NCBI RefSeq assembly: GCF_001194135.2
Contig: NC_068981.1
Coordinates: 144,806,170-144,870,169 of the forward strand
Length of the DNA stretch: 64,000 bases
Reading direction: 5' to 3'
Source: Octopus bimaculoides
Taxonomy: Eukaryota
A program made the translations under genes and the position numbers. Shown piece by piece: positions 1 to 13,853 of this stretch (position 1 is its first letter; every line of letters begins with the position of its first letter). Below the pieces are notes generated by a model. That model had not been told where the DNA came from. It ran no database searches and saw only the letters and a program-made list of their open reading frames with translations.

Positions 1-260
1 ACTTGACCATTTAACATCTTACTACTATCATACCACATACATTCCTATTTTATTCTCCCGTCTCTTTCTCATTCTTCTTCGTCTTCTTCCTCTTCGCCAC
101 CTCCTTCCTAACTTTCCACTATTGCTGTTTCTAATAACACCTACGCAAATTTTATAATCAATACATTCAAAAGAGATGTCTCAAGAATTCAATTACTGCT
201 ACCATCCACAATAAGTCACTTTCACGGTACTTGACCATTTAACATCCTACTACTATCATG
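1..260 (-). repeat. 228-bp-period direct repeat containing a decayed fragment similar to the ORF1 element at 40.5-40.6 kb
   Basis: ACTTGACCATTTAACATC(T/C)TACTACTATCAT occurs at 1 and 229. CCATCCACAATAAGTCACTTTCACGGTACTTGA (192-233) resembles CCATACCCCCATTAGTTCACCTCCACGGTACTTGA at about 40578-40612. Confidence 0.45.
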
Positions 261-311
261 GCACTCCCACATTCTTCTTCTCCTCCTCCTTTTCTTCTTC
301 TTCTTCTTCTT

Positions 312-432
312 TCGGTCTAATAAATCCACTCACAAGGCTTTGATCGGCCCGAAGCTACAGTAGAAGGTGCCACATAGTGGGACTGAACCCGAAGCCATGT
401 GGTTGGGAAGCATCTTGTTACCATATAGTCAG
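312..432 (-). mobile_element. tRNA-derived SINE family A, 5' part
   Basis: Reverse complement gives a B-box-like GGCTTCGGGTTCAGTCCC. The + strand shows the body motif CACTCACAAGGCTTTGATCGGCCCG, also seen at 6860, 42480, 51385 and 56860. Confidence 0.75.
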
Positions 433-808
433 GCCTATATGCGTAAAGATATATATATNNNNNNNNNNNNNNNNNNNNNNNNNNNNNNNNNNNNNNNNNN
501 NNNNNNNNNNNNNNNNNNNNNNNNNNNNNNNNNNNNNNNNNNNNNNNNNNNNNNNNNNNNNNNNNNNNNNNNNNNNNNNNNNNNNNNNNNNNNNNNNNNN
601 NNNNNNNNNNNNNNNNNNNNNNNNNNNNNNNNNNNNNNNNNNNNNNNNNNNNNNNNNNNNNNNNNNNNNNNNNNNNNNNNNNNNNNNNNNNNNNNNNNNN
701 NNNNNNNNNNNNNNNNNNNNNNNNNNNNNNNNNNNNNNNNNNNNNNNNNNNNNNNNNNNNNNNNNNAACGAACCTGAAAGCATGTAGATACTGTCAGCTC
801 GCTGCCTT

Positions 809-1026
809 AATATTCTTTTCTACTCTAGGCACAAGACTCGAAATTTTGGTGGGAAGGGACCAGTCGATTAGATCGATCCCAGTACGCAAATTGTACTTAA
901 TTTATCGATCCCAAAAGGATGAAATGCAAAGTCGACCACTGCAGAATTTGAACTCAGAACGTAGCGACGGGCGAAATACCGTGCATTCCGTTCAGCGTGT
1001 TAATGATTCTGCCGGCTCGCTGCCTT
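809..1026 (-). mobile_element. tRNA-derived SINE family B, near full length
   Basis: Tail TCTACTCTAGGCACAAG, core TTTATCGATCCCAAAAGGATGAAATGCAAAGTCGAC, B-box GAATTTGAACTCAG and head CTGCCGGCTCGCTGCCTT. Same architecture as more than 20 other copies in the window. Confidence 0.85.
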
Positions 1027-2392
1027 CTATGTGTAGGATTTTAAAAGCATCATTCACCCAACTTTATGATGAATTCATGAATTATTGGCTAAGATTTTAA
1101 TGTAAATGATGATGCTAATTGGAATATCTCCAAGAATTTATCATTCGCTCATATAGTTGAAGTTAAGTTTGCTCTTAATCGATGTGTAAATCGAACATTA
1201 GTAGAATAACCTACTCTAATAGAGCTCATTTTGGGTTGAAATGTTTATGGAATAAGTATACATAAATATACCAACTAAAAGATAAGTCAAATAGTTGATA
1301 AACATTAAAAACAACTTAAAAAGAAAATCATTAATTATTATACAAAGACGATTTGCATTAAAAAAATAACGTTCAGTTTTTCTGTTATGTTCTTAAGGAA
1401 ATAATTAAATGGTTAAAACAAAATTAGTTATTGAGCTAATGATGTCTTTTCTCCGGAGAATAATGATCACTAATTTGATATCTAGAGTTGACTTCATTGA
1501 ATTAGTTAAGAATAATTTAACTAGTTTTTCTTCATGCAAATGACGATGTTTCTAAACGATTTAACTTCACTATTTTTATAATAATTTTTTGTTATTATTT
1601 CTTATACTTTACATTTATTGAACAATTATCTCATCACCAATTTGAAGAGTAGAGTGACGTCTATCGCTCGCAAAGGACGTCTACTTAGACGGACATTTGC
1701 AAGAAATTGTCTTCCGCAGTTGTTCACACAATGAAAATATTATTACTCATTGAAGTAATGTTGTCTAATTATCAAGGTTTAGATATTTCTAATTTGATTT
1801 TAATGGTCACAACCTTAACTTGTAAGAGTAACTAAATTATTCAGTTCGTATATACTTTGACACATATGAATTTAAGGATCTGTGAAATGTAATGATGCTG
1901 CTCACCATGCGATAGATACGTTGCTGTTGTTCATTTGCTGTCTGAAAGACATGATTATTACCAGAGTTAGAAATTGGAATCCGTTAGTGAGTGACTTTTG
2001 CCGTTTTGGTAATTCATTAGTGGAGATCTATAACATCATAAGTAAGAATAAAACTCGTCGAATAATCAATGAAACGAAAGTAATATTTTGATGTTTACCA
2101 AGGAAATTATTCGTTGAATTTAATACACTTTTGCACTCTGGTTAGACTCATGTGTTAGATGTCAGTAAGTAATATCGATTTTAATGCCGCACTGCTCTCA
2201 TTGTTTGAGACCCATGACTATTACACGGAAAATTAGTACGTTGATTTGAAAGAATTGTTAAAGCACATCAGTCGTGGGTTAGTGGAATGGCTAAGCGGAT
2301 AGGATGATGGTTTGGCAATATCTTTAGATCTCTGGACTAAATAGCCTGTGACAAATTTTCCCACAGATTTCCTGACTGTTTACGTGCTGAGT

Positions 2393-2780
2393 GTGGAGGC
2401 GCAATGGCCCAGTGGTTAGGGCAGCGGACTCGCGGTCATAGGATCGTGGTTTCGATTCCCAGACCGAGCGTTGTAAGTGTTTATTGAGTGAAAACACCTG
2501 AAACTCCACGAGGCTCCGGCAGGGGATGGTGGCGAACCCTGCTGTACTCTTTCACCACAACTTTCTCTCATTCTTACTTCCTGTTTCTGTTGTACCTGTA
2601 TTTCAAAGGGCCAGCCTTGTCACACTGTGTCACGCTGAATATCCCCGAGAACTACGTTAAGGGTGCACGTGTCTGTGAAGTGTTCAGCCACTTGCACGTT
2701 AATTTCACGAGCAGGCTGTTCCGTTGATCGGATCAAATGGAATCCTCGACGTCGTAAGCGACGGAGTGCCAACAACAACA
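2393..2780 (+). mobile_element. tRNA(Arg)-like SINE family C, full length, (CAA)n tail, 11-bp TSD
   Basis: A-box TGGCCCAGTGG, anticodon-like CTCGCG, B-box GGTTTCGATTCC and tail CAACAACAAC. TSD ACGTGCTGAGT at 2382-2392 and 2781-2791. Second copy at 6238. Confidence 0.9.
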
Positions 2781-3679
2781 ACGTGCTGAGTTTAAATACT
2801 GCTAAGATGAATTCTGACTTTCATTCTTCCATTATGGATAAAGCATCTATCAATTACTGGAATCATTATGATCATTTGTTTCCCTTCCTTCGAAATTTGA
2901 AACCTTGTGCCTGTTTAAGAAAACAATATACATTAAACTACCCAAAATAAAAATTGAAGCAGTATATAGCGTGTAGGTGTAAATTTTAGCATTAGCTTCA
3001 ATGTGTTGTTTACTTACAACGAATTGTATATATAATAGCTATAAGTACCTGAAAATTACACCTCTCTTATATCATAACTCCTCCGCACCACGGAATTTTA
3101 AAACATTAGCGCACACATTGTAATGTAGTTCTTAATACAGTATATCTGATGAAAAATTATGGGATTGCATAACTGAAATGTCTTTGATCATAGTTTTGCT
3201 CGGTTGGGTCTAACTTTACGTTAAACAGCAATTCCAACGACAATTTGATGATAATGCTGTGTTTATATCTATGCACTATATAAACATTCGTGCTCTCTCT
3301 CAATCTTCTTGGAACTAGCAGCCAAATTCCTTTCAAACAATACCCACCTTGCCATCTTAGGAAAAGAAGCGGAAGGAAGGAGACACGAGATAATACAGTC
3401 ATAGATACATTTCTTCTGAAAATAAGACGGAATTGTCATGGCTGGAAAGCTTTGATCATAAGTCTGCTTGATCAAACAACAACAACATTCTTATGTTTAT
3501 CTTTTTATTTTCTGCTTCGGGAACTTAAGGTGTAAATATTTGAACTGCATCCACAAACGTAAATATCCTCGTAAAGATCCAATAGATAGTTACACTCTTT
3601 CGCAGCAAGTAACTTGCATATGTTCTTGACGAAATAGGTGGGGGTGTAGTGTTAAACCAACAGCCCAGCTGCGTTTACT

Positions 3680-3854
3680 TGTATGAATGTGTATGTGTGT
3701 GTATTTTTGTATCAGTGAATGTGTGTGAGTGTGTATGTGTATTTGTATATCAGTTAATGTTTGTGTTTGTAAGTGTACCAGTGAGTGTGTGCATGTATTT
3801 ATTTTATCAGTGTTTGTGTATTTGTTTCTCAGTGTGTGTGTGTATTTGTCTCTT

Positions 3855-3893
<39 letters not shown>

Positions 3894-4302
3894 ATTTGTG
3901 TGTCAGTGAGGTGTGTGTTCGTGTATCAGCGCATGTGTGTATATTTGCGTATCAGTGAGTCAGTGTGTATTCGTGTTTGTGTGTGAGTGGTGCGCGCGTT
4001 TGTATGCGTGCATGTCTATGCGTGTGTGTGTATGTGTGTGAGTGTGTGTATGTGCATATGTGGGTGGGTGGGTGTCTGTTTGTGTGAACCAATCATCATG
4101 TATTATACGCTAACTTTAGCAAATATTGAATCACTTCATCTATGTATGTATGTATATCTATCTATTTATCGATCGATCGATGTATGTCTATTTATCTAGC
4201 GATCTACCACTATATCTTGATCGCAGCCTCTGTTTCTCCTCACTTTTTCATTCCTTTCCATCTCTCTCACACACACATACCCGCGAGCACACATACACTC
4301 AG

Positions 4303-4333
<31 letters not shown>

Positions 4334-4410
4334 CTATTTCTCTCCATACATACATGGACATACGCACACACAAATATACAATCACACACATAAACACAAT
4401 CACAGACACA
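3680..4410. repeat. Degenerate (TG)n/(CA)n/(CT)n compound microsatellite field
   Basis: Long imperfect TG runs followed by TATC, CA and CT runs. Source of spurious CVCV/HTHT ORFs. Confidence 0.95.
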
Positions 4411-4444
4411 CGTATATAATGTGTAGCAAGAAAGAGGGCTAGAA

Positions 4445-4640
4445 AGAGGCGTAAACCACGTGATTGTATTGTCAGAGTCGATGAAGGAAAATTGCTTGCT
4501 CAGGCATTTTGCGTTCTCAATTCAAATCCTGCCACGCTCAATTTTAGCATTTAACATCCCACGGTCGATAAAGTAAAGTACCATTCAACAACTGAAGCTG
4601 CTTCCTTTGCTTTATTACCCTTTCCCAGCGGAAATGTGTA
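4445..4640 (+). mobile_element. Highly decayed SINE-B
   Basis: GCGTTCTCAATTCAAATCCTGCC (B-box region) followed by ACGGTCGATAAAGTAAAGTACCA (core). Confidence 0.55.
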
Positions 4641-4689
4641 GGTACCGAGGCATAGTATGGCACATAATGATGAAATGTAGAGATCGGGA

Positions 4690-5765
<1,076 letters not shown>

Positions 5766-5952
5766 GTGTATTAATCTTTGTACTATACAGTATTATATAC
5801 CCATTTCAGTAGATTTTTGCCAATTGGTTTGGTGAAACCGCTTAATAAAATCGGTCGAAAATGCTCTATAAGCCTATGTAGTATAAATATTAATATCTCC
5901 GTTCTCGTGACCAACATATGATGGCATGTTTTTATGTCTTCCGAGACGACTG

Positions 5953-6025
5953 TACATACATACATACATACATACATACATACATACATACATACATACA
6001 TACATGCATACATGCATACATACAT
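5953..6025. repeat. (TACA)n tetranucleotide repeat
   Basis: Directly visible. Confidence 0.95.
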
Positions 6026-6059
6026 GTGTGGGGGGGGTGACTACAAACGTACCTACATG

Positions 6060-6225
6060 TGGACTGTATTTTTCTTCCGTCTTCCTTTTCTCTTGGATTT
6101 TCCTCTGTTTACTGTCTTTTCTACAAAAGAGCTTTGCTCGAAACGTAAAACACCCTTTCTTTCCTTTCCTGAGCGTTGTTGCTTTTTCTTGTTGTGATTT
6201 TTTTCTTCTGTTTATGGGATTAATT
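6060..6225 (+). mobile_element. Repeat relic with hammerhead-like core, probably Penelope-like terminal repeat
   Basis: CTACAAA-AGAGC-TTT-GCTC-GAAAC-GTA at 6121-6147, followed by CCTGAGCGTT. Homologous to 19880-19935. Confidence 0.45.
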
Positions 6226-6237
6226 ATATACACACAC

Positions 6238-6596
6238 GTGGAGGCGCAATGGCCCAGTGGTTAGGGCAGCGGACTCGCGGTTTCGATTCCCAGATTGGGC
6301 ATTGTGAGTGTTTATTGAGCGAAAACACCTAACGCTCCACGAGGCTCCGGCAGGAGATGGTGGCGAACCCTGCTGTACTCTTTCACCACAACTTTCTCTC
6401 ATTCTTACTTCCTGTTTCTGGTGTGCCTGTAATTCAAAGGGTCAGCCTTGTTACACTGTGTCACGCTGAATATCCCCGAGAACTACGTTAAGGGTACACG
6501 TGTCTGTGGGATGCTCAGCCACTTTCACGTTAATTTCAGGTGCAGGCTGTTCCGTTCATCAGATCAACTGGAACCCTCGACGGAGTGCCAACAACA
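6238..6596 (+). mobile_element. SINE family C, second copy with two internal deletions
   Basis: Aligns along its length with 2393-2780. Lacks 14 nt before the B-box and 12 nt near the 3' end. Confidence 0.9.
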
Positions 6597-6629
6597 TACG
6601 CAAAAACACGCACACACACACACACACAC

Positions 6630-6848
6630 ACGAAGGGGTGCTGAAAAGTTCCGGGCTTTGGGTGGGAGAAAATACAGGAGGGTCACTTAATTATGATTTT
6701 ATTGAACATATTTCTCTCTCAGACTCACACACTTATTGCAGCGGTTTTTCAGTTTTTCTCAATCCTGTAAAAGAACTTGTAATGTTGGGTCTCCTACCGA
6801 GCCATTTGCGATTCTCTTAAAGCCAGGAACTTTTCAGCAGCCCCTTGT
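6630..6848. mobile_element. Mariner-type MITE, about 220 bp, with about 29-bp terminal inverted repeats
   Basis: Left end ACGAAGGGGTGCTGAAAAGTTCCGGGCTTT; right end reverse complement ACAAGGGGCTGCTGAAAAGTTCCTGGCTTT. The CGAGGGG...AAAAGT start is typical of mariner TIRs. No coding capacity. Confidence 0.8.
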
Positions 6849-6859
6849 TTATGTAAATA

Positions 6860-7005
6860 TCAAATCTACTTACAAGGCTTTGGTTGACACGAAGTTTTAG
6901 AAGAAGGCGTAGAAGACACTTGACCAAGATGCCACGCATTGGGACTGAACCCGGGACCATGTGACTGGAAATCAAGCTTCTAACAGTACAGCCACGCTTA
7001 CGTCT
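6860..7005 (-). mobile_element. SINE family A, 5' part
   Basis: GAAGACACTTGACCAAGATGCCACGCATTGGGACTGAACCCGGGACCATGTG...AAGCTTCTAAC...CAGCCACGC. Confidence 0.8.
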
Positions 7006-8049
7006 GTGTGTGTGTGTATGTTTGTTTATGTGTGTTGTTTGTGTTAAGATCCCATGAAAACGAATCTTAGTCAATGATCAGCTGATAATTTTAAACATAC
7101 TTTAAAATAATAGCCGTAGCTTGATATACACGATACAAATATCAAAGGTGCTCTTCCAGTCTTTAAGCCGGTGTGCTTTAAACTTAACTTAATTTAGCTG
7201 ACATTTCTAGCAGGCTGGAGGGTGGCATAAATGGTTTTTCTGTTGTGCTATCACAGATATGTAATCAAAGTGTGAATGAATTATCGGGGCGGGTTTAAGA
7301 TTATTATCAGATAACGATAAATTACTAATAAATTCAACGCTGCATTCCTTAGAAAAGTGATTCACAGATTAGCTAATTTGTTTAATGAAACATTATCTTT
7401 CAGTTATCAATGTCGAATAATATGTTTAATTCTATATTTCCTGTATTTATTTAACTTCGTTATTATAAAATGATTAAATTACAGGTTAATTTAATGAACA
7501 TAGTGGATGCCTTATTTCAATTTCTTGTATTTTGTTGTGAGATTGATTGCTGAGTATGTAAAATATATAATAACAATCAAGTTTCTGGTGCGCAAAATCT
7601 TTAGCATTCCAAAAATAATGAAGTAACTAACTCAGACATATTACAAAAGAACATTTATCTTTTGGAACAATCTACGATTCCAGTGCCAAGTCCATACAGG
7701 ACGATGCACTAATTTTAATTGTAGAAATATTTAGGCCGACTCCAGGAAATCGCTACTATGAAGTAAATTGTTTTCGGGGAAGGTCTATGATAAGATAGAA
7801 CAGCCAATTACGTCAGAGGAGCTAAAAAAAAAAGTTAAGTGTCAGTGAGAGGAAAGTGAAGGCGCGCTAAAATTACTTTCAAAGCATGTATCTCTCTTTA
7901 AATAGACGAGCTGTGCCAAATCTTCTTGTAATCCGATCAGATAAGTAGTTAACATTTGAGCATTTGGGAACAGGGCTTCAGGAACTGTACAGCAAAAGAC
8001 ACTGTTTAATTATTATATTATATCATATTATATTATATGCATAATTTTA

Positions 8050-8230
8050 TTTCAGTCAGTAGACTGCAACTATGCTGGGGCACCGACATAAAGAATTTTA
8101 GTCGACTCCAATAATCAACTCCAATACTATATTTTATACGTATGGAAATTTTTCTGTCCGTATTTTTTAATGAACTGCTAGGCTGAAGGTTGTCAAGCAG
8201 TTGTGGGAAACAAATACAGCCACATACGCA
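8050..8230 (-). mobile_element. SINE family A, 3' part, decayed
   Basis: GACTGCAACTATGCTGGGGCACCG...TTTTAGTCGA matches the 3' domain seen at 42245-42300, 29150-29220, 49630 and 50875. Confidence 0.6.
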
Positions 8231-8240
8231 CACACACACG

Positions 8241-8291
<51 letters not shown>

Positions 8292-8302
8292 TACACACAC
8301 AC

Positions 8303-8344
<42 letters not shown>

Positions 8345-10959
8345 CATAACACAAATGGGTTAACGTTCACTACATCTGTTTCAGATGTGTTCTTTGTTGA
8401 TGATGAAAACAATTACATTATGTAAATTAACCGTTTTCTTCAGGTGAATTGAGAATAAAATTTAACATTTTGTATTTTTCACACAAATAGTATAAAATGT
8501 GTTTTGACCCTCTCATGTCGGTTCCAGCTGAGAAAGTGTACAGGTGCGCTTATCTCTAATTCAATTTAGCAGAAAAGTTAACAGAATAATTTAGTCTTTT
8601 TTTTTCTTGAATCTGATATCTCAAGACCAGACATTACGAAGTATTGTCTCCCGCCAATACCATTATTATTTAAGATATATCGAACACAGAACTTGGACAA
8701 TGCCTTTCAGAATTAATGAATAACCAATCAAAACCAATAAATATCATTCATAGAAGTATTATATCAATCTTATATTATAGACTTCAGCAGACAGAAGGTA
8801 ATGAACCGGTGAATGAGTTTTCTGAAACATTTCTTCGGATACATTATTCAGAACAAAATGATATTTAGTTCCGTCTTTAATAAACTATGTTCTTTATTAC
8901 TGCGATATGTTCTTGATGCGGTTTTCATTGACCATCCCTAATCCTTATCTCAATAAAATGAGAATAAATTGTCTGATCACAATTGATAATAGATCTACTG
9001 GCTAGTTACTTTACCCGTGGGATTTAAAAAGAAATTATGTGTCAAGTGAGGTAAAATAATTTTCATGAATTCACAGCCCCGGTAATATGTGATAAACTTA
9101 TGGTTTATAGCATATTTCAGTAATTTATTAGATTGATAAATGTAACGAATCAATAACTACGGTACAATATACTTTATTAGGCCTTCACAAAAAATATTTC
9201 TTTCAAAGCCTGACATTGCTCGGAGACATTCATTTTTGTAACAATGGCTTCGAGACATTCTCGTATTTTAAGAAGTATCATATAACAGTTTTGGTGTCAG
9301 TTAATCAAAGAGACTCATTCAAAAGAGACAAATTGCATATTTTGTGTGTTTGGAAAATAAGACATCAACTTCCCCTTTTTTTAAGCGATGATGATAAAAA
9401 TCAGTAATGTAATTACTGCTGTAACAAACACAAATAAATTGCATTTCATTTCAATGGCTGCAGGGATGTTTATATTTAAATACAGAAAATTGATAGAATT
9501 TTTACAACTGTGACAGTGTTGTTTTTCGTTTTTCGGATTTTTATTTTTGTTTCTTTAGCAACCTTTCGTATACTTGTAAGAATTCTTATTTAAAATGAAT
9601 ATTATATTTTGTTTTAAAATTAATGTAGTTGGAGGGTGGCTGAAGTAATAGTATCGATTTTTAAATTTATTTTATTAACCCAGTAGCAATGTAAAGCAGG
9701 TAAACGCCGAACTCATCCGAAGCTGATATATTACTGCTACTTATTTTATTAACCTCAAAGCTAATGAATGTAAATTAGATCTTGAAAATTTGAAATCAGA
9801 ATAGTGAATTACCGAAAGTTACATCGCATATAACATTCTTCCTTGTCCATATGCTCTGAGTGTCGAACCAACAAAGGAGCTTTAATGTGGGATCCCGACC
9901 TGATAGAAATAAGTCAGTTTTTTCACATACCACAACGGTTAAAGAAATGAAGAACACATTGCATATATGTGGTCCTAGATACATAATGGCTGAAAAACGT
10001 CGTGATGGCCATAGCTGGAATGCCTTTCATTATATGTCTACTCAACCAGGACTGACTTGATTGAATAGACCATTAATAACAATAACAGTTGGACCGATCA
10101 GTCGGCTGAAAGTTGGCTTGTTATTTGAATAATTCATAGTTCGCACCCACCCACATATAACTACTAACAGAATTTCTGCTAATAATTATAAACTTGTCGA
10201 GTGTTTCATTAGTTTGCTACACAAAAATGTGAATTCTTGCATCATAAAACACGGTACAAATTAGCATTTGGCATAACTATCATAGAAGTGGGACATATCT
10301 TGAGTAGCATCATATAACCTGAAATAGATATCAATATTTCTTTGCCTATTACGCAAAGCCCCTTTAAAATGCAAGTAGAGACTGATAAGATCTTAGGCGA
10401 AGCGTTCTCACTAAATCTGGTCCAATTAACAAACCATTCAGCATATCGGGGTCCTTATCGCTCCATCAGTATTCTACATATCTCTCAATCTAGTTGTATA
10501 TTAATTGCATCACAAAGTGTTAGAGAGGCTCATTGATTTACAAATAGCTTTTAAATGTACTTTAAACAAGCTAAAACAGAATTTAGGTTCAAGAATTATC
10601 ATCTCGTTTTTCTCATTCCAAATATTTCTCTTTAAGCTAAGAAAAATATTAAAAGATCTTTATAGGCTAGTCTGCATGGTCTATTCACTCACATAATATG
10701 CTCAATATGACTGATACAATAAATTTAACGGATTTGTCCCTGGAGAAATATAGGACAAACGTGGACTAAAAGAGTCTCGCAGAACTTTAAATTATCATTC
10801 AGCCAAATAAAGATGAATGATAATAAAAGATCGTTTTTATAAAGTGGTGGGAGTATGAAAGAAAGTAAATTTAAAGCAGAGACTCTGTCCGAATGCTTAT
10901 AATAGAACAGGCTGCGCTAAAATCTCCCATGGACAAGGTTGTAGTGTGAAATGAACGGG

Positions 10960-11130
10960 CCTTCCGACGGGCTTTCACCACGGCGTTTCAAACTACAAAA
11001 TTTTACTCACGTAGATTTGGTCGCCCGCATGTAATATTACAAGACATTTGTTCAAAGTTCTATGCAGCGAAATGAAATCCGAAACCACATATGTAGGAAG
11101 TAAACTTCTTAACCACGCATCTACACCTAT
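10960..11130 (-). mobile_element. SINE family A, highly decayed
   Basis: TTTTACTCACGTAGATTTGGTCG...AAGACATTTGTTCAAAG...GAAACCACAT...AAACTTCTTAACCACGC. Confidence 0.55.
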
Positions 11131-12939
11131 TCCTCCATGTTTCCTGGAGACACGTTTCTATAACCCCTAACATCCAAACTAAGGGACAGGAAAATGAACT
11201 AGACTGTTTTCCACTTGTCTTCTCGGAGATGATACACTACCTAATACTTATAGGAAAAACGGAAAGCATTGTAATGCTTATGACGTCTTTATGAAGTATG
11301 TATTGTGGATGAAGGTAATGTGTAAGAATATATGCGTTAATATCCCCAGTGTTGAAAATTTGATGTTAGAAATCAAGATTCTTATATTAATCACAGCCAA
11401 AGAATTCATAAATAAGGTGAAATCTATCATCAGATTAAACAAACTGATTTAATGCCAATATACATTAGAAAGCTTAGTAAATAAATAGAACATAAGTTAA
11501 CATCTGCTAGCTGATCATCAGTTCGAAATAATAGCCCATTTATCTGATATTAATGACGAATTGATATTAAGGCTTAGTGATTTGCTGCATATGAGACAGA
11601 AGCTATTTATCAATTACGTTCATAAAGAGTTTTGTAGTGAGAAAATTTGACGTAGATTATTGTTAGATTTCATGTCTGATCTAAAGTTCGAAATTTATAA
11701 CAATGGTTGACAGTTGATTAGCTAGATACAGGATTGGTTGATTATGTTATAGTTCATATATTTATAAATACATTGATCAACAATTTCGATTTTTCATTGG
11801 ATAAATTTATCTCAAATAGTAATTACTCGTCAAGCTTTGAGAATGAAAATTGTCGTCCCAATAGCTGAGAGGAGGAAAATTCATAGTTTTGAGCTGCTGG
11901 TGTGAGGGCGGGGTGGAAATATTAATGGAAGGATTTCTGACTGGACAACTACACAAATTGTTGTCGATGCTCTTTGATCTTATTCCTTTACCGATCACTT
12001 ATAAAGTAGGTGTATGATTAAAACAGTTATAGTTATGGCCATCCTAAGTTTTCTTTTCAGGTATAGCATGTATTCAGGACCACTTTACCCGAAGTGTTCT
12101 CCTCTATTTAAGACAGTATAACGTGAATGAAGGAGACTTGGTTGTTATTCTCGTAGATCAAGGGGCCGAAGCTATATGAGACGGTACACGTTGCCAATGA
12201 AGACAGCATTTGTAAATTATAAGCAGCTTAACTAAATTTCAAATCCTTTTATATACGAAATCTACAACGGACATGAATCTTTGTGTCAAAGGAAAAATAC
12301 TGCCTAAATTTCTGCACTAGTGCAGAACTATGCATAAGAGATTGTTAGGAGAGAAATGCAGCAGTGTTTGTATTCAGCCCCACGTGATTTCTCCCCCAAA
12401 ACATCCATCGCTTGCTCCCCAAAATAGAATCAATGGAATATGCATTCTTCCATTCATTTCTTAATTAATCATTAGTCTTTATCAATTTATGCAATAGGAT
12501 TGTTCTCAGAATTCTTAATAGTAACAGCTGTAATCCTAAATCCTATATAATTCGCATAATAACAAAATATTGCGGAAGAGGAGTTAACTAAATATCATTC
12601 GTAGGAACTAAAGTTTATATTCTTTGTGAAATTGCAAATATCTATTTCCCATTTCTTCAAGTCGAATAGTTTCAACAGATATTTAAAGTATTGACATACA
12701 TTTTAAATTGGATATAAAATAAACGTGCTTTTTTTCATATTAATACCTACAGATTTCTTAGCTTTGTGCCAAATCAGAAACTATTATGAAGACAAAAGTA
12801 TATATTACTCCAATAAATAAATTCAATAATCAAATATTTCTATTTTCTTTTCGACTATTCGTAATTATTGATCTTTACTAAGCATATCCCTGCATTATTA
12901 TTCTCATTGCTTATCTCGACGTTGGATCTGGTTGAGAAA

Positions 12940-13112
12940 ATCTACGATCAAAGGCGTTGAAGTCATTATGATATTATCTTTTTGTAAGGCATAGTGGATG
13001 TAGAACAAATGTATTCTTTCTCTCCTTTCACTTTCTAAGACATTAGGGTGTAATAGAGGGAGATTTCGCTATTATTTTTACAATAACAAGCGACCACGTA
13101 GAGGCTTCCTTG
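12940..13112 (+). repeat. Dispersed repeat family E (unclassified)
   Basis: GAGGGAGATTTCGCTATTATTTT...AGCGACCACGTAGAGG matches AAGGGAGATTTGGCTGCTATTCC...AGCTACCAAGTAGAGG at 61495-61543. Weaker copies near 9990, 18850, 31360, 32160 and 59640. Confidence 0.55.
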
Positions 13113-13703
13113 CTGATTCAATGCATAATTCAATTGGTATCAGAAGAAGAGAAGTGGGAGTTAAAAAGCAAGAGGAGTCCAAATAACTTCAAAGAGAAAC
13201 AGTGATTCAAACTAGGCTTATTAAATGCTTTATAACTATCATTCTTTATAATAATAAATACGTTTTACGATAGTAAACTATACCAACTATTTATTACACA
13301 ATTAAAAACTCAAGGATCACTAATAAAATTGCTTCAATTTTAATTATATTAATTTGATGAAATTTTTATTATGTTTATGAAATGTCTATTAGTTTGGTTT
13401 TTGGGTGCAGAAATTCCTTATTTTCACACTTGGTATATTGAGAGATCTGCATACATACATACATACATACATACATAGACACAAACACACACATACATAT
13501 ATATAGTGCTTCATATTTATTTAATTCTTGTATTTGTTAAGGGATGGCCCTGCTTCACAAATTAACACGATGAAACGAATCCAAAAGAACGATTGATTGA
13601 CATATATGTAGTCAATTACTTTCTTTGAGACACGAGGTTTTTTCTCTTTATCTTACTACCTTTGCTTCTCTGAATTCGTGATTCAAATACGCTTTCTACC
13701 CAG

Positions 13704-13853
13704 GCCCACATGATTCACCTATATTACCTCCTAATGCCAGCTTTAGAGTGTTTCCTATCCCAGACGTGGTTCAAAACGTTTATAGCAAGAACGTCAACTT
13801 CTGGAATCACACACATACAATCTTCTTTTTCACACTGCTTTGCAATTTTGAAG
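13704..13853 (+). CDS. Speculative internal exon (150 nt, two open frames)
   Basis: Acceptor CTTTCTACCCAG|G and donor GAAG|GTGAAT. The phase-1 frame reads PHDSPILPPNASFRVFPIPDVVQNVYSKNVNFWNHTHTIFFFTLLCNFE. No recognisable homology. Confidence 0.15.

Noticed and set aside
2393-2470. tRNA-Arg(TCG)-like sequence as a true tRNA gene
   Set aside because: It continues into a 390-bp body with a (CAA)n tail and TSD, has a second copy, and its acceptor stem does not pair. It is a SINE head.
7804-7815. Adjacent CCAAT and CRE-like TACGTCA motifs
   Set aside because: Short motifs expected by chance in 64 kb, with no linked transcription unit.
11807-11998. 63-aa minus ORF and an open + frame (SCWCEGGVEILMEGFL...)
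   Set aside because: No recognisable domain and no convincing splice-site pair; the length is within chance expectation.
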